DNA of 64,000 nucleotides from Candidatus Latescibacterota bacterium (GCA_965116875.1 OZ220733.1:3712001-3776000), one strand, 5' to 3'; positions 19,512 through 29,202 are shown, counted from the stretch's first letter. The notes: generated by a model from the sequence alone, not told the origin. Numbers and translations are program-made.

Positions 19512-20744
19512 TTGAACCCTGTAATTCGATTCCTACGCCACGCGGGCATTTTCGTGCTCGCGCTTCTTCTGTTGGCCAGTCTCGGCGCCGGGCAGGCGTC
19601 CGCCTCGAAAAAGAGGATCACCAAAGGCGACGCCAAAATCGCCAAGCGGTCCGCCCACCTCTACATCAGCCAGCGCCTGTTCGACAAGGCCCTGGCCCAG
19701 TTGCTGATCGTCATCGAGGGCGACCCGGAGGACGTAGAGGCCCACTTCATGCTCGGCGAAATCTACTCCGAGAAAAACCTGCAGGATGAAATGAGGAAGG
19801 AATTCGAATGGGTCCTTGCAACCAAAAAGGGCAAGAGGAAATATGCCAAGAAAATCCAGCCCTACCTGGACATGTGGTGGAGCAGGAACTACAATAACGC
19901 CGTCCGGGCGATCGGCGCCGAAGACTACGGCGCGGCCATCGAATCGCTTCAGAAAGCCATCGCGCTTTCGCCGGAGAAGCCCATGAGCTATCAGGCGCTG
20001 GGGGTGGCGTACCTGAACATGGGCCAGGCGCAGGCCGGTATCGACGCCTACGAAAAGGCGGTCGAGCTGGACAGCACGGAAGCATCGTCGTTTGTCAACC
20101 TGGGCCGGGCGTATATGAATCTCAAGAATTACGAAGAAGCGATGCAGTGCTTCACCAGAGCCCATCAACTGGCTCCTGACAACGCCGGCTTTCTGAACGA
20201 CCTCGCCCGCGCCCAGCAGTTTGCGGGTGACACCGCGGCCGCCCTCGAATCCGCGGAGAAAGCCCTGGCCATCGAACCCGACAATCTCGGCGTTCTCGAG
20301 ATGGCCGGTCAGATGCAGTTGTTGGGAGGCAATTACGAGGCGGCGGCCGGACTCCTCGAAAGGGTGGCCGCTCAGAAGCCGGAGGACGTGGATAACCTGT
20401 TCAATCTCGCGGAGTGCTACAGGAACCTGGGGAGGGTCGATGAGGCCGTCAACCTGTTCCTGAAGAGTGTCCAGGCCAACCCGCAGGACGCGGACGCGTG
20501 GTTCCGGCTGGGCAGAATCTACGAAAAACAGGACAAACTCAAGGACTCCATAGAAGCCCTCAATATGGTCGTGAGCCTCCGACCCACCAGTGTGAAGGGC
20601 TGGCAGGCGCTGTCCCGGTCGTGGGCCCTGCTTTCGAAGGAACAATCTGATGGAGGCCTGGACGACGCGGCATCGGAAAGCGCAAAGAAAGCCGAAGAGG
20701 CCTATAATATGAGTACGAGTCTGCAAGACCAGGCCGGTGAGTGA
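19512..20744 (+). CDS. Exported tetratricopeptide repeat protein
   Basis: Signal peptide followed by multiple TPRs; TTG start at 19512 after GGAAAGG (start uncertain). Confidence 0.85.
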   Translation: MNPVIRFLRHAGIFVLALLLLASLGAGQASASKKRITKGDAKIAKRSAHLYISQRLFDKALAQLLIVIEGDPEDVEAHFMLGEIYSEKNLQDEMRKEFEWVLATKKGKRKYAKKIQPYLDMWWSRNYNNAVRAIGAEDYGAAIESLQKAIALSPEKPMSYQALGVAYLNMGQAQAGIDAYEKAVELDSTEASSFVNLGRAYMNLKNYEEAMQCFTRAHQLAPDNAGFLNDLARAQQFAGDTAAALESAEKALAIEPDNLGVLEMAGQMQLLGGNYEAAAGLLERVAAQKPEDVDNLFNLAECYRNLGRVDEAVNLFLKSVQANPQDADAWFRLGRIYEKQDKLKDSIEALNMVVSLRPTSVKGWQALSRSWALLSKEQSDGGLDDAASESAKKAEEAYNMSTSLQDQAGE

Positions 20745-20771
20745 ATCAGGGGACCCCGGGGAGAAATACGG

Positions 20772-21782
20772 ATGTATCTGACGGACGAAAAAGTAGCCGT
20801 TCTGGGCGCGGCGGGAGCCATTGGCTCAAATCTCGCCCAGACCCTGCTGGCCTCGGGAACCGCCGGCAGGGTATCCATGTACGACCCGTTCGAACCGGGC
20901 CTGGAAGGCGCCGCTGAGGAAATCTATCACTGCGGATTCCCGGGTGCGAACGTCTGTTGGACCGCAGACATCGCCGAAGCGCTCTCCGACGCCAGCTATG
21001 TGATCAGTTCGGGCGGCGCGCCCAGAAAGGAAGGGATGACGCGCGAAGACCTCACGCGGGATAACGGCCTGATCGCGAAACAGCTCGGCCTCGACATCAA
21101 ACGGTATTGTCCCAACTGCAAATTCGTCATTATCATCTTCAACCCCGCCGACATCACAGGGCTCACCACGCTGGTGCACTCCGGGCTTCCGGCCGGCCGC
21201 GTGTCCACGCTGGCCGCCCTGGACAGCACCCGGCTGCAAACGGCGCTGGCCCAGCACTTCAGGATCCGGCAGGACCGCGTGACGGGATGCAAGACGTACG
21301 GAGGTCATGGCGAGTCGATGGCCGTATTCAAGGGCGGCACAGCAGTGGACGGTATTCCACTCACGGATATACTGGCGGGGAAAACCGCAAACGGCATCGG
21401 CCTGACAGCAGAAGCGTGGAGCGGCATCCAGGCCCACGTGACCGGCGGCGGCGCCCGGATCATCCAGTTGCGAGGGCGCTCCTCCTTCCAGTCACCCGCG
21501 CAGCAGAGCGTCTTCATGTTGCGGGGGCTGTTCGGCGAGCCCTACGACTGGCCCTGCGGCGCTTACGTCAACAACGGGGAATTCAGCAGAATCATGATGG
21601 CGATGCCCGCCACCCTGTCGTCAGACGGCGTAACCGGCAGCATGCCCCAGGGAACGGAGGAGGACCTGCAGGCGTTGAGGGATTCCTACGCGCACCTCGT
21701 CGGATTGCGGGACGAAATCATCGCGGAGGGCATACTGCCGCCGCTGTCCGAATGGGGACGCAGCAATTCGAATCTGGCATAG
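20772..21782 (+). CDS. mdh: Malate dehydrogenase (LDH/MDH family)
   Basis: GAAGAIG, PRKEGMTREDL, NPAD, LDSTR, GGHGE. Confidence 0.9.
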   Translation: MYLTDEKVAVLGAAGAIGSNLAQTLLASGTAGRVSMYDPFEPGLEGAAEEIYHCGFPGANVCWTADIAEALSDASYVISSGGAPRKEGMTREDLTRDNGLIAKQLGLDIKRYCPNCKFVIIIFNPADITGLTTLVHSGLPAGRVSTLAALDSTRLQTALAQHFRIRQDRVTGCKTYGGHGESMAVFKGGTAVDGIPLTDILAGKTANGIGLTAEAWSGIQAHVTGGGARIIQLRGRSSFQSPAQQSVFMLRGLFGEPYDWPCGAYVNNGEFSRIMMAMPATLSSDGVTGSMPQGTEEDLQALRDSYAHLVGLRDEIIAEGILPPLSEWGRSNSNLA

Positions 21783-21805
21783 AATCGGAAGGATTCCGCA
21801 TGTCG

Positions 21806-21834
21806 AAGGGGCGCCCGTCGGGTTGCCCCTTTTC
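21806..21834 (+). terminator. Probable terminator after mdh
   Basis: AAGGGGCG..CCCG/GGG..TGCCCCTT hairpin followed by a T-run. Confidence 0.55.
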
Positions 21835-21937
21835 GTTTGCCGCGGTACGGCTTTTTCGTTATTTTCCGGCCCATCCTGCCGCCCGCGGAACCCTTCTCAA
21901 TTTCAACGTCGAGGAACCCCTGTCCGCACCATACGAC

Positions 21938-23068
21938 ATGCTCATCAAGGGCGGCACGGTTATCGATCCGGCGCAGGGTCTGCACGCGGTACGGGACGTG
22001 GCCATAGCGGGCGGGCGCATCGCCGCGCTGGACAATGAGATCTACGAAGAGACGGCGCAGACCGTGATCGACGCCGCCGGCTACCTGGTGGCGCCCGGAC
22101 TGATCGATCTGCACGTCCACGTCTGGTGGGGGGTATCCCACTACGGCGTGGCGCCGGACCCCACGTGTCTGGCCAGGGGCGTGACGACCGTCTACGACAC
22201 GGGTTCGGCGGGCGCGGACACGTTTCCAGGATTCAAGAAGTACGTGATCGACGCCAGCGCGACCCGCATCAAGGCCTTCCTCCACGTCTCGTCCCAGGGC
22301 CTGTTGTCGCCGGGAATCGGTGAGTTGACCGATCTCCGGTTCGCGAACGTGGACCGCGCCGTACGGATGTGTGAGGCGCACAGGGATGACATCGTCGGCG
22401 TCAAGATCCGGATGTCGAAGGGTCTGGTGGGGGAGAACGGCAGAGAATGCCTGAAGCGCGTGTGCGAGATACGCGACGCCACCGGGCTCCCGCTGATGGT
22501 ACATCCCAACGCCAGCCCCCTCCCGTTCGATGAAATGATCGCCGAACTGCGACCGGGAGATATCGTCACCCACTGCTTTCACCAGAGCGACACCGGTATT
22601 CTGGACGAATCGGGCGTGGTCCGTCTTTCGGCGCGCAAAGCCTCCGAAGACGGCATTCTGTTCGACGTGGGCCATGGTCAGGGCAGCTTCGTGTTCGACG
22701 TTGCCGAGGCCGCGATGTCCCAGGGATTCCCGCCGGACACCATTTCCAGCGACCTCCACGCCTATAATCTGGACGGGCCTGTGTACGACCTTGTCACCAC
22801 CGTCTCCAAGTTCCTCTTCCTTGGCCTCTCGCTGGATCAGGCCCTCGAGAAGGTGACGGCGGCTCCCGCACGCGCCATGGGTGTGCTCGGCGAAATCGGT
22901 ACGCTCCGGGCCGATGCGAATGCCGACCTGACCATTCTCGATCTCAAGGCGGGCAGCTTCGTTTTCACCGATACCCGCGGACGGACCCGTCCGGCCGAAC
23001 AGAAGCTTGAAGTGGTTTCCACCGTCCGCGCGGGTCGGCTGTACGCGCCGTCGGCTTTCGAAAATTGA
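21938..23068 (+). CDS. Amidohydrolase/deacetylase (dihydroorotase-like metallo-hydrolase)
   Basis: PGLIDLHVH, DTGSAG, GVKIR, THC, DVGHG.GSF, ISSDLH; start approximate (CTG at 21920 is possible). Confidence 0.88.
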   Translation: MLIKGGTVIDPAQGLHAVRDVAIAGGRIAALDNEIYEETAQTVIDAAGYLVAPGLIDLHVHVWWGVSHYGVAPDPTCLARGVTTVYDTGSAGADTFPGFKKYVIDASATRIKAFLHVSSQGLLSPGIGELTDLRFANVDRAVRMCEAHRDDIVGVKIRMSKGLVGENGRECLKRVCEIRDATGLPLMVHPNASPLPFDEMIAELRPGDIVTHCFHQSDTGILDESGVVRLSARKASEDGILFDVGHGQGSFVFDVAEAAMSQGFPPDTISSDLHAYNLDGPVYDLVTTVSKFLFLGLSLDQALEKVTAAPARAMGVLGEIGTLRADANADLTILDLKAGSFVFTDTRGRTRPAEQKLEVVSTVRAGRLYAPSAFEN

Positions 23069-23086
23069 CACCCGAGAGAGTTTCCC

Positions 23087-23869
23087 ATGAATATCATGGT
23101 ACTGTGCGACCTCGAAGGCGCCGCGGGCGTTGTCGACTTTCATACGCAGACCTATGACAACACGCGATACAACGACCAGGCGAAAAACCTGTCCACCCTG
23201 GAAATAAACGCGCTTGTCGACGGCGCTCTGGAAGGCGGGGCGGACCAGGTCATCGTCCTCGACGGACACGGCAGCGGCGGCATCAACATTGAAATGATTC
23301 ACTATGAAGCCAGGGTGATGTTCGGCCGTCCGCTGATTTCCGCGTGGGACCTCGGCATTGACTTTGACGCCATGTTTCTGTATGGTCACCACGCGATGGA
23401 GAATACGCCCGCGGGGGTGCTGTGCCACAGCTGGAGTTCTCGCGCAATTTCAAACTGCTGGCTGAACGGGGAACTCATCGGGGAGATCGGGTTCAACATC
23501 GCCAGCGCCGGGGAGGCCGGCGTTCCCACGGCGTTCATCAGCGGCGACCGGGCCGCCGTGGACGAAGCGCGGGCATACGTGGAGAATATCGAAGGCGTTG
23601 TCGTCAAGGAGGGGCTCAGCCGTACCGCGGCGCTTACACTTTCTCCCGCAAAGGCACGGGACCTCATCCGCGAAGGCGCGAAAAAGGCAATGGGTCGCAT
23701 CGGGGATATCGCGCCCTATCGAATTTCGGGTCCCTACACGTTTGAAACGGAATACAGGGCCGAATCCAGCGCCGCGTCCAAGGCCTCCGGCCCCGGCGTC
23801 GAGCGTGTCGATACCCACACGGTCAGAGTAACCGGTGACTCGCTCGCCGCGATCGCGAAAAGAAAATAA
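23087..23869 (+). CDS. Peptidase M55 (DppA-like D-aminopeptidase)
   Basis: DLEG, DGHG, GHHA, H.W, IGE, SGD motifs. Confidence 0.88.
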   Translation: MNIMVLCDLEGAAGVVDFHTQTYDNTRYNDQAKNLSTLEINALVDGALEGGADQVIVLDGHGSGGINIEMIHYEARVMFGRPLISAWDLGIDFDAMFLYGHHAMENTPAGVLCHSWSSRAISNCWLNGELIGEIGFNIASAGEAGVPTAFISGDRAAVDEARAYVENIEGVVVKEGLSRTAALTLSPAKARDLIREGAKKAMGRIGDIAPYRISGPYTFETEYRAESSAASKASGPGVERVDTHTVRVTGDSLAAIAKRK

Positions 23870-23892
23870 CCGCACGTTTACAGGTACTGCGA

Positions 23893-24990
23893 ATGAGCTA
23901 CTCGCCCGTCGGATTTGAGAAATGGGATCTGGATACGCCGGCGCTGATGCTGGATCTGGACCTGCTGGAAAACAACATCGCCCGGATTGCAGCCCGATGC
24001 AAAGCCTGCGGCGTCCAATGGCGTCCGCATACCAAGGGCAACAAGACACCTGCCATCGCGCACAAACTGCTCGACGCCGGCGCTATAGGCATTACGTGCG
24101 CGAAACTCGGTGAAGCGGAAGTCATGGCCGCATCGGGAATCAGGGACATCCTGGTTGCCAATCAGGTCGTGGGCGAGAGAAAGATGGCCCGTCTGGCCCA
24201 CCTGCAGCGGCATGCGGACGTCATGGTCGCCGTCGATCATCCCGTACACCTCAGCATGATTTCGGAAGCCGCTCAGGCCGCTGGCGTGCAGGTGCGCGTC
24301 CTGGTCGAACTGGACATCGGGATGGCGCGATGCGGGGTTGCGGCGGGTAAGCCTGCCCTGGAGCTGGCTCAGCAGGCCGATGCCGCGCCGGGTGTGGTAT
24401 TCTCCGGTCTGATGGGGTACGAGGGTCAGGCGATGGACCTGCCCGATCCGGAGAAAGAAGCCGCCTGCGCCTCAGCAGTCGCCCTCCTCGCGGGTTCCCG
24501 CGAGCGCATCGAGGCGTCGGGTATCGAGTGTCCGATCGTCAGCGCGGGCGGTACCGGAACGCTGGCGTTCACGCCGGACTGCCCGGGCCTCACCGAGATT
24601 CAGGCCGGCGGCGGGATCATGATGGACACCCTCTACGCCACGTCGATGGGGGTACGGGGGCTGGAACACGCCCTCTCCGTTCTTGCCACGGTGGTGAGCC
24701 GCCCCGCGCCCGACCGGGCCTTTATCGACGCCGGTCGAAAAACCACGTCGTCGCAGTTCGGTCTGCCCTGGGCGAAGGACAGGGAAGGCATTGACGTTGT
24801 CGGCCTGTCTGCGGAACACGGTCATCTGGAGCTGAAGAATCCCGATCACCCGTTGAAGATCGGGGACAAAATCGAACTCATCTCCGGTTACAGCGACATG
24901 ACGGTTTTTCTGCACAATGAGATCCACGGCATTCGCAACAACCGGGTGGAAGCCGTCTGGGACATCCTCGGGCGCGGCAAATTACAATGA
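23893..24990 (+). CDS. PLP-dependent DSD1/D-threonine aldolase family enzyme (alanine racemase fold)
   Basis: DTPAL, RPHTK (PLP lysine), RCG, GYEG, GGTG, DAG.K, EHG. Confidence 0.9.
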   Translation: MSYSPVGFEKWDLDTPALMLDLDLLENNIARIAARCKACGVQWRPHTKGNKTPAIAHKLLDAGAIGITCAKLGEAEVMAASGIRDILVANQVVGERKMARLAHLQRHADVMVAVDHPVHLSMISEAAQAAGVQVRVLVELDIGMARCGVAAGKPALELAQQADAAPGVVFSGLMGYEGQAMDLPDPEKEAACASAVALLAGSRERIEASGIECPIVSAGGTGTLAFTPDCPGLTEIQAGGGIMMDTLYATSMGVRGLEHALSVLATVVSRPAPDRAFIDAGRKTTSSQFGLPWAKDREGIDVVGLSAEHGHLELKNPDHPLKIGDKIELISGYSDMTVFLHNEIHGIRNNRVEAVWDILGRGKLQ

Positions 24991-25086
24991 ATCCGGCGAA
25001 ACCGCCCATGTTCCTCAGCCGGACTGAATCCACTTCGCCAATCCCGATCATTCCAATCACAATCCTCCTTTCAATGGGGAAGAGAA

Positions 25087-25293
25087 ATGACCGAGCCGCG
25101 GTTCGTGGTGGACCAGGCCGGCAACCGGGTCGGCGTTCTACTGGACATCGATGATTACAGTCGCCTCCTCGAGGCATCCGGAATCCGGGAATCCGCCGGC
25201 GCACCGGAAGAGGAAAGGGGATCCCGCCCGGCCTATACCCCGGAAGAAAAGAAGCTGATGGAAGACCGGCTCGAGTCCCTGGGCTACCTCTGA
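25087..25293 (+). CDS. Small hypothetical protein with C-terminal RLxxLGY motif
   Basis: Purine-rich RBS; N-terminus resembles short antitoxin-like modules; ends EDRLESLGYL. Confidence 0.75.
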   Translation: MTEPRFVVDQAGNRVGVLLDIDDYSRLLEASGIRESAGAPEEERGSRPAYTPEEKKLMEDRLESLGYL

Positions 25294-25345
25294 GGTCCCC
25301 TTAAATCCGCGTTTTCAGTCCGCGCAACATGGGCGCAAGGGCAAC

Positions 25346-25924
25346 ATGGTCGATCCCGAAACGATAGTCGTCGTCTCCGGCCTGCCCCGATCGGGCACCT
25401 CGATGATGATGCAGATGCTCGAGGCGGGCGGCTTGCCCGTGCTGACGGACGGGCTGAGAACCGCTGACGAAGACAATCTCAAGGGCTATTTTGAATTCGA
25501 GAAGGTCAAGGCGCTGAAGTCGGACCGGAGTTGGCTACCCGAAGCCAGGGGCAAGGCCGTCAAGATTATCTCCGAACTGCTGAAGTACCTTCCGGATGCC
25601 TTTGAATACAGAATCATCTTCGTTCGCCGGGCCCTGGAGGAAGTTCTCGCCTCACAGGACCGTATGCTGGTCCGGCGGGGCGTGCAGCCCGGCGGCGGGG
25701 CGGAAAACGCGGAGATCGCCCGGGTTTTTCGAAGGCATCTCCAGGGGACGGAAGCATGGCTGTCAGGGCGCCCGGGCTTTCGGTCCCTCTATGCGGAACA
25801 TCGGCAGATTCTGGCGGATCCCGCCCGGGAGGCCGCCCGTGTCAATGCCTTTCTCGGCAATCGCCTCGATGAAGGGGCCATGGCGGCATCTATAGATCCC
25901 ACCCTGTATCGCCAGCGTCGATAG
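25346..25924 (+). CDS. P-loop sulfotransferase family protein
   Basis: 5'-PSB motif SGLPRSGTS, N.KGYFE, R...EVLAS, C-terminal IDPTLYRQR. Confidence 0.88.
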   Translation: MVDPETIVVVSGLPRSGTSMMMQMLEAGGLPVLTDGLRTADEDNLKGYFEFEKVKALKSDRSWLPEARGKAVKIISELLKYLPDAFEYRIIFVRRALEEVLASQDRMLVRRGVQPGGGAENAEIARVFRRHLQGTEAWLSGRPGFRSLYAEHRQILADPAREAARVNAFLGNRLDEGAMAASIDPTLYRQRR

Positions 25925-25957
25925 ATTCGTACCTTCAAAGCTCCAAGCGCGTACCTC

Positions 25958-25989
25958 AAGGCGTCCTGTCAGGACGCCTTTTGCTTTTC
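25958..25989 (+). terminator. Rho-independent terminator after the sulfotransferase
   Basis: AAGGCGTCCT-GTC-AGGACGCCTT stem followed by TTGCTTTT. Confidence 0.8.
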
Positions 25990-25997
25990 GTTTTTAA

Positions 25998-26092
25998 CTG
26001 ATAGCTGAAGGCTGATCGCTGACAGCTAATGGTCGCCTTCCTTCTTCCTTCTCCCTTGCCTTTCCCTTCCTTTTTCCTTCTTCCTTTTTCCC
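25998..26092. repeat. Heptamer-periodic low-complexity repeats
   Basis: CTGATAG CTGAAGG CTGATCG CTGACAG, then a pyrimidine tract of CCTT-based units. Confidence 0.6.
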
Positions 26093-26190
26093 AACAGATG
26101 TCGCTCATGTTCACAAGTGTGGACGATACACGACAGATTCACCGCTTGAGGATAATTTATAGATAATTGATTATAAATGATTTACGTTAT

Positions 26191-26206
26191 TGGCACGCTG
26201 ATTGCA
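26191..26206 (+). promoter_or_regulatory. sigma-54 (RpoN) -24/-12 promoter
   Basis: Exact consensus TGGCACG-N4-TTGCA, preceded by an AT-rich IHF-like tract, 80 nt upstream of the ATG at 26287. Confidence 0.8.
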
Positions 26207-26286
26207 TATGTCTTCGGCAGCGGCAACGAAAAAAGCCTCATCACCACTCGCGGGAACTCGATACAATCAGGGTCCGCGGAGGATCC

Positions 26287-27651
26287 ATGAAGAACCTGCT
26301 CAAATTGCAATCCGGCCTGCTTCTGTGCGTCTTCTCCACCGGTTGCGCCACCTACACCCACAACGCCGTCACGTTCAGAAGCAGCCTCGCCGGCGGGCAC
26401 TACGAAACGGCGTTGCAGACCCTTGGTGAGGCCCGGAAAGGCCCCGCCCGCCTGCTCTACCTCATGGAGAACGGTCTTATTGCGCACTACAGAGGCGAAT
26501 ATCACGCCTCCAACCGTTTTTTCGAGACCGCCGAACGGCTCTCGGACCGGCTCTTTACGAGGTCATTATCCCGCGAGGCGGCTTCGCTGATCACGAACGA
26601 ACAGGTACGGGCGTATCGAGGCGAGGAGTTCGAACTCGCGTTCATCAACTATTACCGGGCGCTGAACTACTGGTATCTGGACGAACCGGAAGAGGCCCTG
26701 GTGGAGTGCCGCAAGGCCAACCTGAAACTGGACCGATACGCCGCCCGGGCCGATTACGACGCCACATACAGGAACGACGCCTTTATTCACTATATAACCG
26801 GTCTGATCTACGAAGCGACCGGCGAACTCAACGACGCATACGTGTCGTATCGGAACGCACTGGATGCATATGAGACCTATCGCGAAGCCTTCGGCCTCGA
26901 GGCGCCCGATGCCCTCAGAAAAGACCTCGGGCGCGTCGAGCAGGCCCTCGACTTTGTCGATTCGCCCGGGAAGGCAGTCGTCAACCGCGGTCGGCGCCCA
27001 GCCGGGGGCGGCGAGCTCATCGTCTTCTCGGAAATCGGTTTCGTGCCACACAAGGTGGAGGAGGAAATCAGCCTGCCGATCTACGAGGGCGATGACTTCA
27101 ACGGTAAGAAGGACCGCCTGGAACGTGCCTCCCGAAAAATCGCGTACCGGCATTTCAAACCGCACTATGCGGGTGAATCGAAAGTCAAACACTGGTTGCG
27201 CGTGGTTCTGCCCGCGTATGAGGACGTCGCGCCGCGCACACAGACCGTACGGGTCACCGTAGCCGGACGTCAGACCACCACCACTTTGGCTGAAGACCTG
27301 TCGGCTATCGCGTGGCAGACGTTTCAGGACAAACAGCCGGCGATCCTCGCGCGAACGGTCGCACGGGGGCTGATTAAATATTCGGTTTCGGTCAAGGCGA
27401 AAGAGAAGAGCAGAGTCCTCGGCTTCATCGTCAATCTGTTCTCTGCCGCAATAGAGGCGGCCGATACCCGGAGCTGGGTCTCGCTGCCGCACAACGTGCA
27501 GATCGGCAGGCTCACACTCCCCGCCGGCACACACACCCTTACGCTGGAATCCCTCGACAGCCGGGGGCGCGTCATCGAAACCGGAACCATTTCGGATGTA
27601 CGTATCCGACCTGGGACCCGGACCTTCGTGAACCACCGGACGTACAAATAG
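26287..27651 (+). CDS. COG3014-family lipoprotein (TPR-like N-terminus)
   Basis: Lipobox STGC, Y.GE.FE...I.YY.ALNY, EEALVECR, ADTRSW..LP; SD GGAGG. Confidence 0.85.
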   Translation: MKNLLKLQSGLLLCVFSTGCATYTHNAVTFRSSLAGGHYETALQTLGEARKGPARLLYLMENGLIAHYRGEYHASNRFFETAERLSDRLFTRSLSREAASLITNEQVRAYRGEEFELAFINYYRALNYWYLDEPEEALVECRKANLKLDRYAARADYDATYRNDAFIHYITGLIYEATGELNDAYVSYRNALDAYETYREAFGLEAPDALRKDLGRVEQALDFVDSPGKAVVNRGRRPAGGGELIVFSEIGFVPHKVEEEISLPIYEGDDFNGKKDRLERASRKIAYRHFKPHYAGESKVKHWLRVVLPAYEDVAPRTQTVRVTVAGRQTTTTLAEDLSAIAWQTFQDKQPAILARTVARGLIKYSVSVKAKEKSRVLGFIVNLFSAAIEAADTRSWVSLPHNVQIGRLTLPAGTHTLTLESLDSRGRVIETGTISDVRIRPGTRTFVNHRTYK

Positions 27652-27677
27652 CCACCGCAACCGAAAGGAGGAACACC

Positions 27678-28478
27678 ATGAAGCAACAGATCGGGATCTG
27701 CCTGGCCCTGGCCCTTGCGGGGTGGAGCCAGACGGGATGGGCCGCCGACGTACCGACGCGTGGCGCCGTTGTCAACATCGTGACCTGGGACGGAAAGAAC
27801 CTTCCGCCCGTCTACGAACGCTCCGACCAGCTGCCCCTCACCCTGGAAGACGTTGTCAATCTCAGCCGGAACGATTTTGATGACGAGGCGATCCGCCGGA
27901 TGGTGCAGGAACGCCGGTTTGCCGGAGACGCGTCAGCCGCCGCACTGATCGATCTCAAGAAGGCCGGTGTCTCGCAGAAGGTCATTCAGGCGATCTCGCT
28001 GCATGCGCTACCTCCCAACCGGGCGCTGACCCTCTCCATCCAGCTTGAATTCTCAGGCCAGTCGCGGGAGGCTCGCAGACGATATCTGTACGTCATCATT
28101 CCGGACGGACCGGCCGAACGCATCTTCACGGCGGACCTGGGCGCTGTACTGGCGGGGAGCTGGCGCAGGGACGAGCGCGTGGATCTCACCGATCCCCTCC
28201 TCCCGAAGCAGGTGCGCCGCATCACGTTCTCCGACCGCGTGCCGTTGAAGACGTACGGTGCAAAGACAATGCAGGTCTTCACTTCGACCAGACCGGATAT
28301 CTTCCAGTCATCCGACGTCCCCGAAGCCGACCGGGCCGGCATCCGGGAGATCTCATTCGATTATCCGGTGAGTTCGACCATGCAGGACTGCCGCCTGCAG
28401 GTGCGTTATCGCCGTGACGTCCTGCTGCCCTACAAGTGGCACATGGCGGGCGCACACTTCCAGTGCGAATGGAATTGA
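27678..28478 (+). CDS. Secreted hypothetical protein
   Basis: Signal peptide, SD AGGAGG, helical motif LTLEDVV...LIDLKKAGVS. Confidence 0.8.
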   Translation: MKQQIGICLALALAGWSQTGWAADVPTRGAVVNIVTWDGKNLPPVYERSDQLPLTLEDVVNLSRNDFDDEAIRRMVQERRFAGDASAAALIDLKKAGVSQKVIQAISLHALPPNRALTLSIQLEFSGQSREARRRYLYVIIPDGPAERIFTADLGAVLAGSWRRDERVDLTDPLLPKQVRRITFSDRVPLKTYGAKTMQVFTSTRPDIFQSSDVPEADRAGIREISFDYPVSSTMQDCRLQVRYRRDVLLPYKWHMAGAHFQCEWN

Positions 28479-28554
28479 ACCACACGCCGCCTGTCCTTGA
28501 GCAACGGCATCGCCAGGTCGCCTTACGAACCATCTTACCAGGAGGAGAATCGCC

Positions 28555-29151
28555 ATGAGACCAGGAATCTGCATCACACTCGCCGTCGTCCTCGCGTTCG
28601 CCGCCGGCTGCGCGGGACCCAGAGCCTTCACAAAGGGCTCGTACGAAGACCCCGGCACGATTGCGTTGCTGGATGACCGGTTCAGTGAAAACGACATGCA
28701 ACTCATCGCGAAGAAAATGATCCAGTCCATGGCCGGCAGCAACATCGCCGGAAGCAACGGCGTTCCGGTTGTGATGATTGGAAAAATGCGCAACCGTACA
28801 GCGGAACATATCGATATGACGATGCTTTCCAACAAGGTCCGAACCCAACTCCTCCAGAGCGGCACGTTTCGCTTTGCGGACGTGGTGAACCGCCGGGACA
28901 TCGCCGAGGAGTACGAGTACCAGCAGTCCGGATACGTGAACCCGGAGCAGGCCAAGGGTCCGGGCAGCCAGACGGGCGCGGAGTATCTGCTGACCGGCAC
29001 CCTCACGGCAAACGTGCAGCAGGTCGGAAAGAACAAACTGATCTACTACAAGGCGACCTTCCAGTTGACCAATCTGCTCACGTCGGAAATCGCCTGGACG
29101 GACGAGAAGGAGATCCGGAAAGCTTACAAAAAGCGCCATATCGGAATCTGA
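28555..29151 (+). CDS. lpoB: LpoB-family lipoprotein (CsgG/TolB-N-like fold)
   Basis: Lipobox AAGC, MRNRTAEHID, GAEYLLTG, YY...L.......W..EKEI.K. Confidence 0.8.
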   Translation: MRPGICITLAVVLAFAAGCAGPRAFTKGSYEDPGTIALLDDRFSENDMQLIAKKMIQSMAGSNIAGSNGVPVVMIGKMRNRTAEHIDMTMLSNKVRTQLLQSGTFRFADVVNRRDIAEEYEYQQSGYVNPEQAKGPGSQTGAEYLLTGTLTANVQQVGKNKLIYYKATFQLTNLLTSEIAWTDEKEIRKAYKKRHIGI

Positions 29152-29202
29152 TCCGAAGGCGGACCGCATCGTACCCCAGTCAAATACAAGAGGAGATTCG
29201 CC

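Noticed and set aside
21107-21919. Apparent 653-aa amidohydrolase fusion
   Set aside because: The extension overlaps mdh and crosses a terminator; homology starts near 21920-21938
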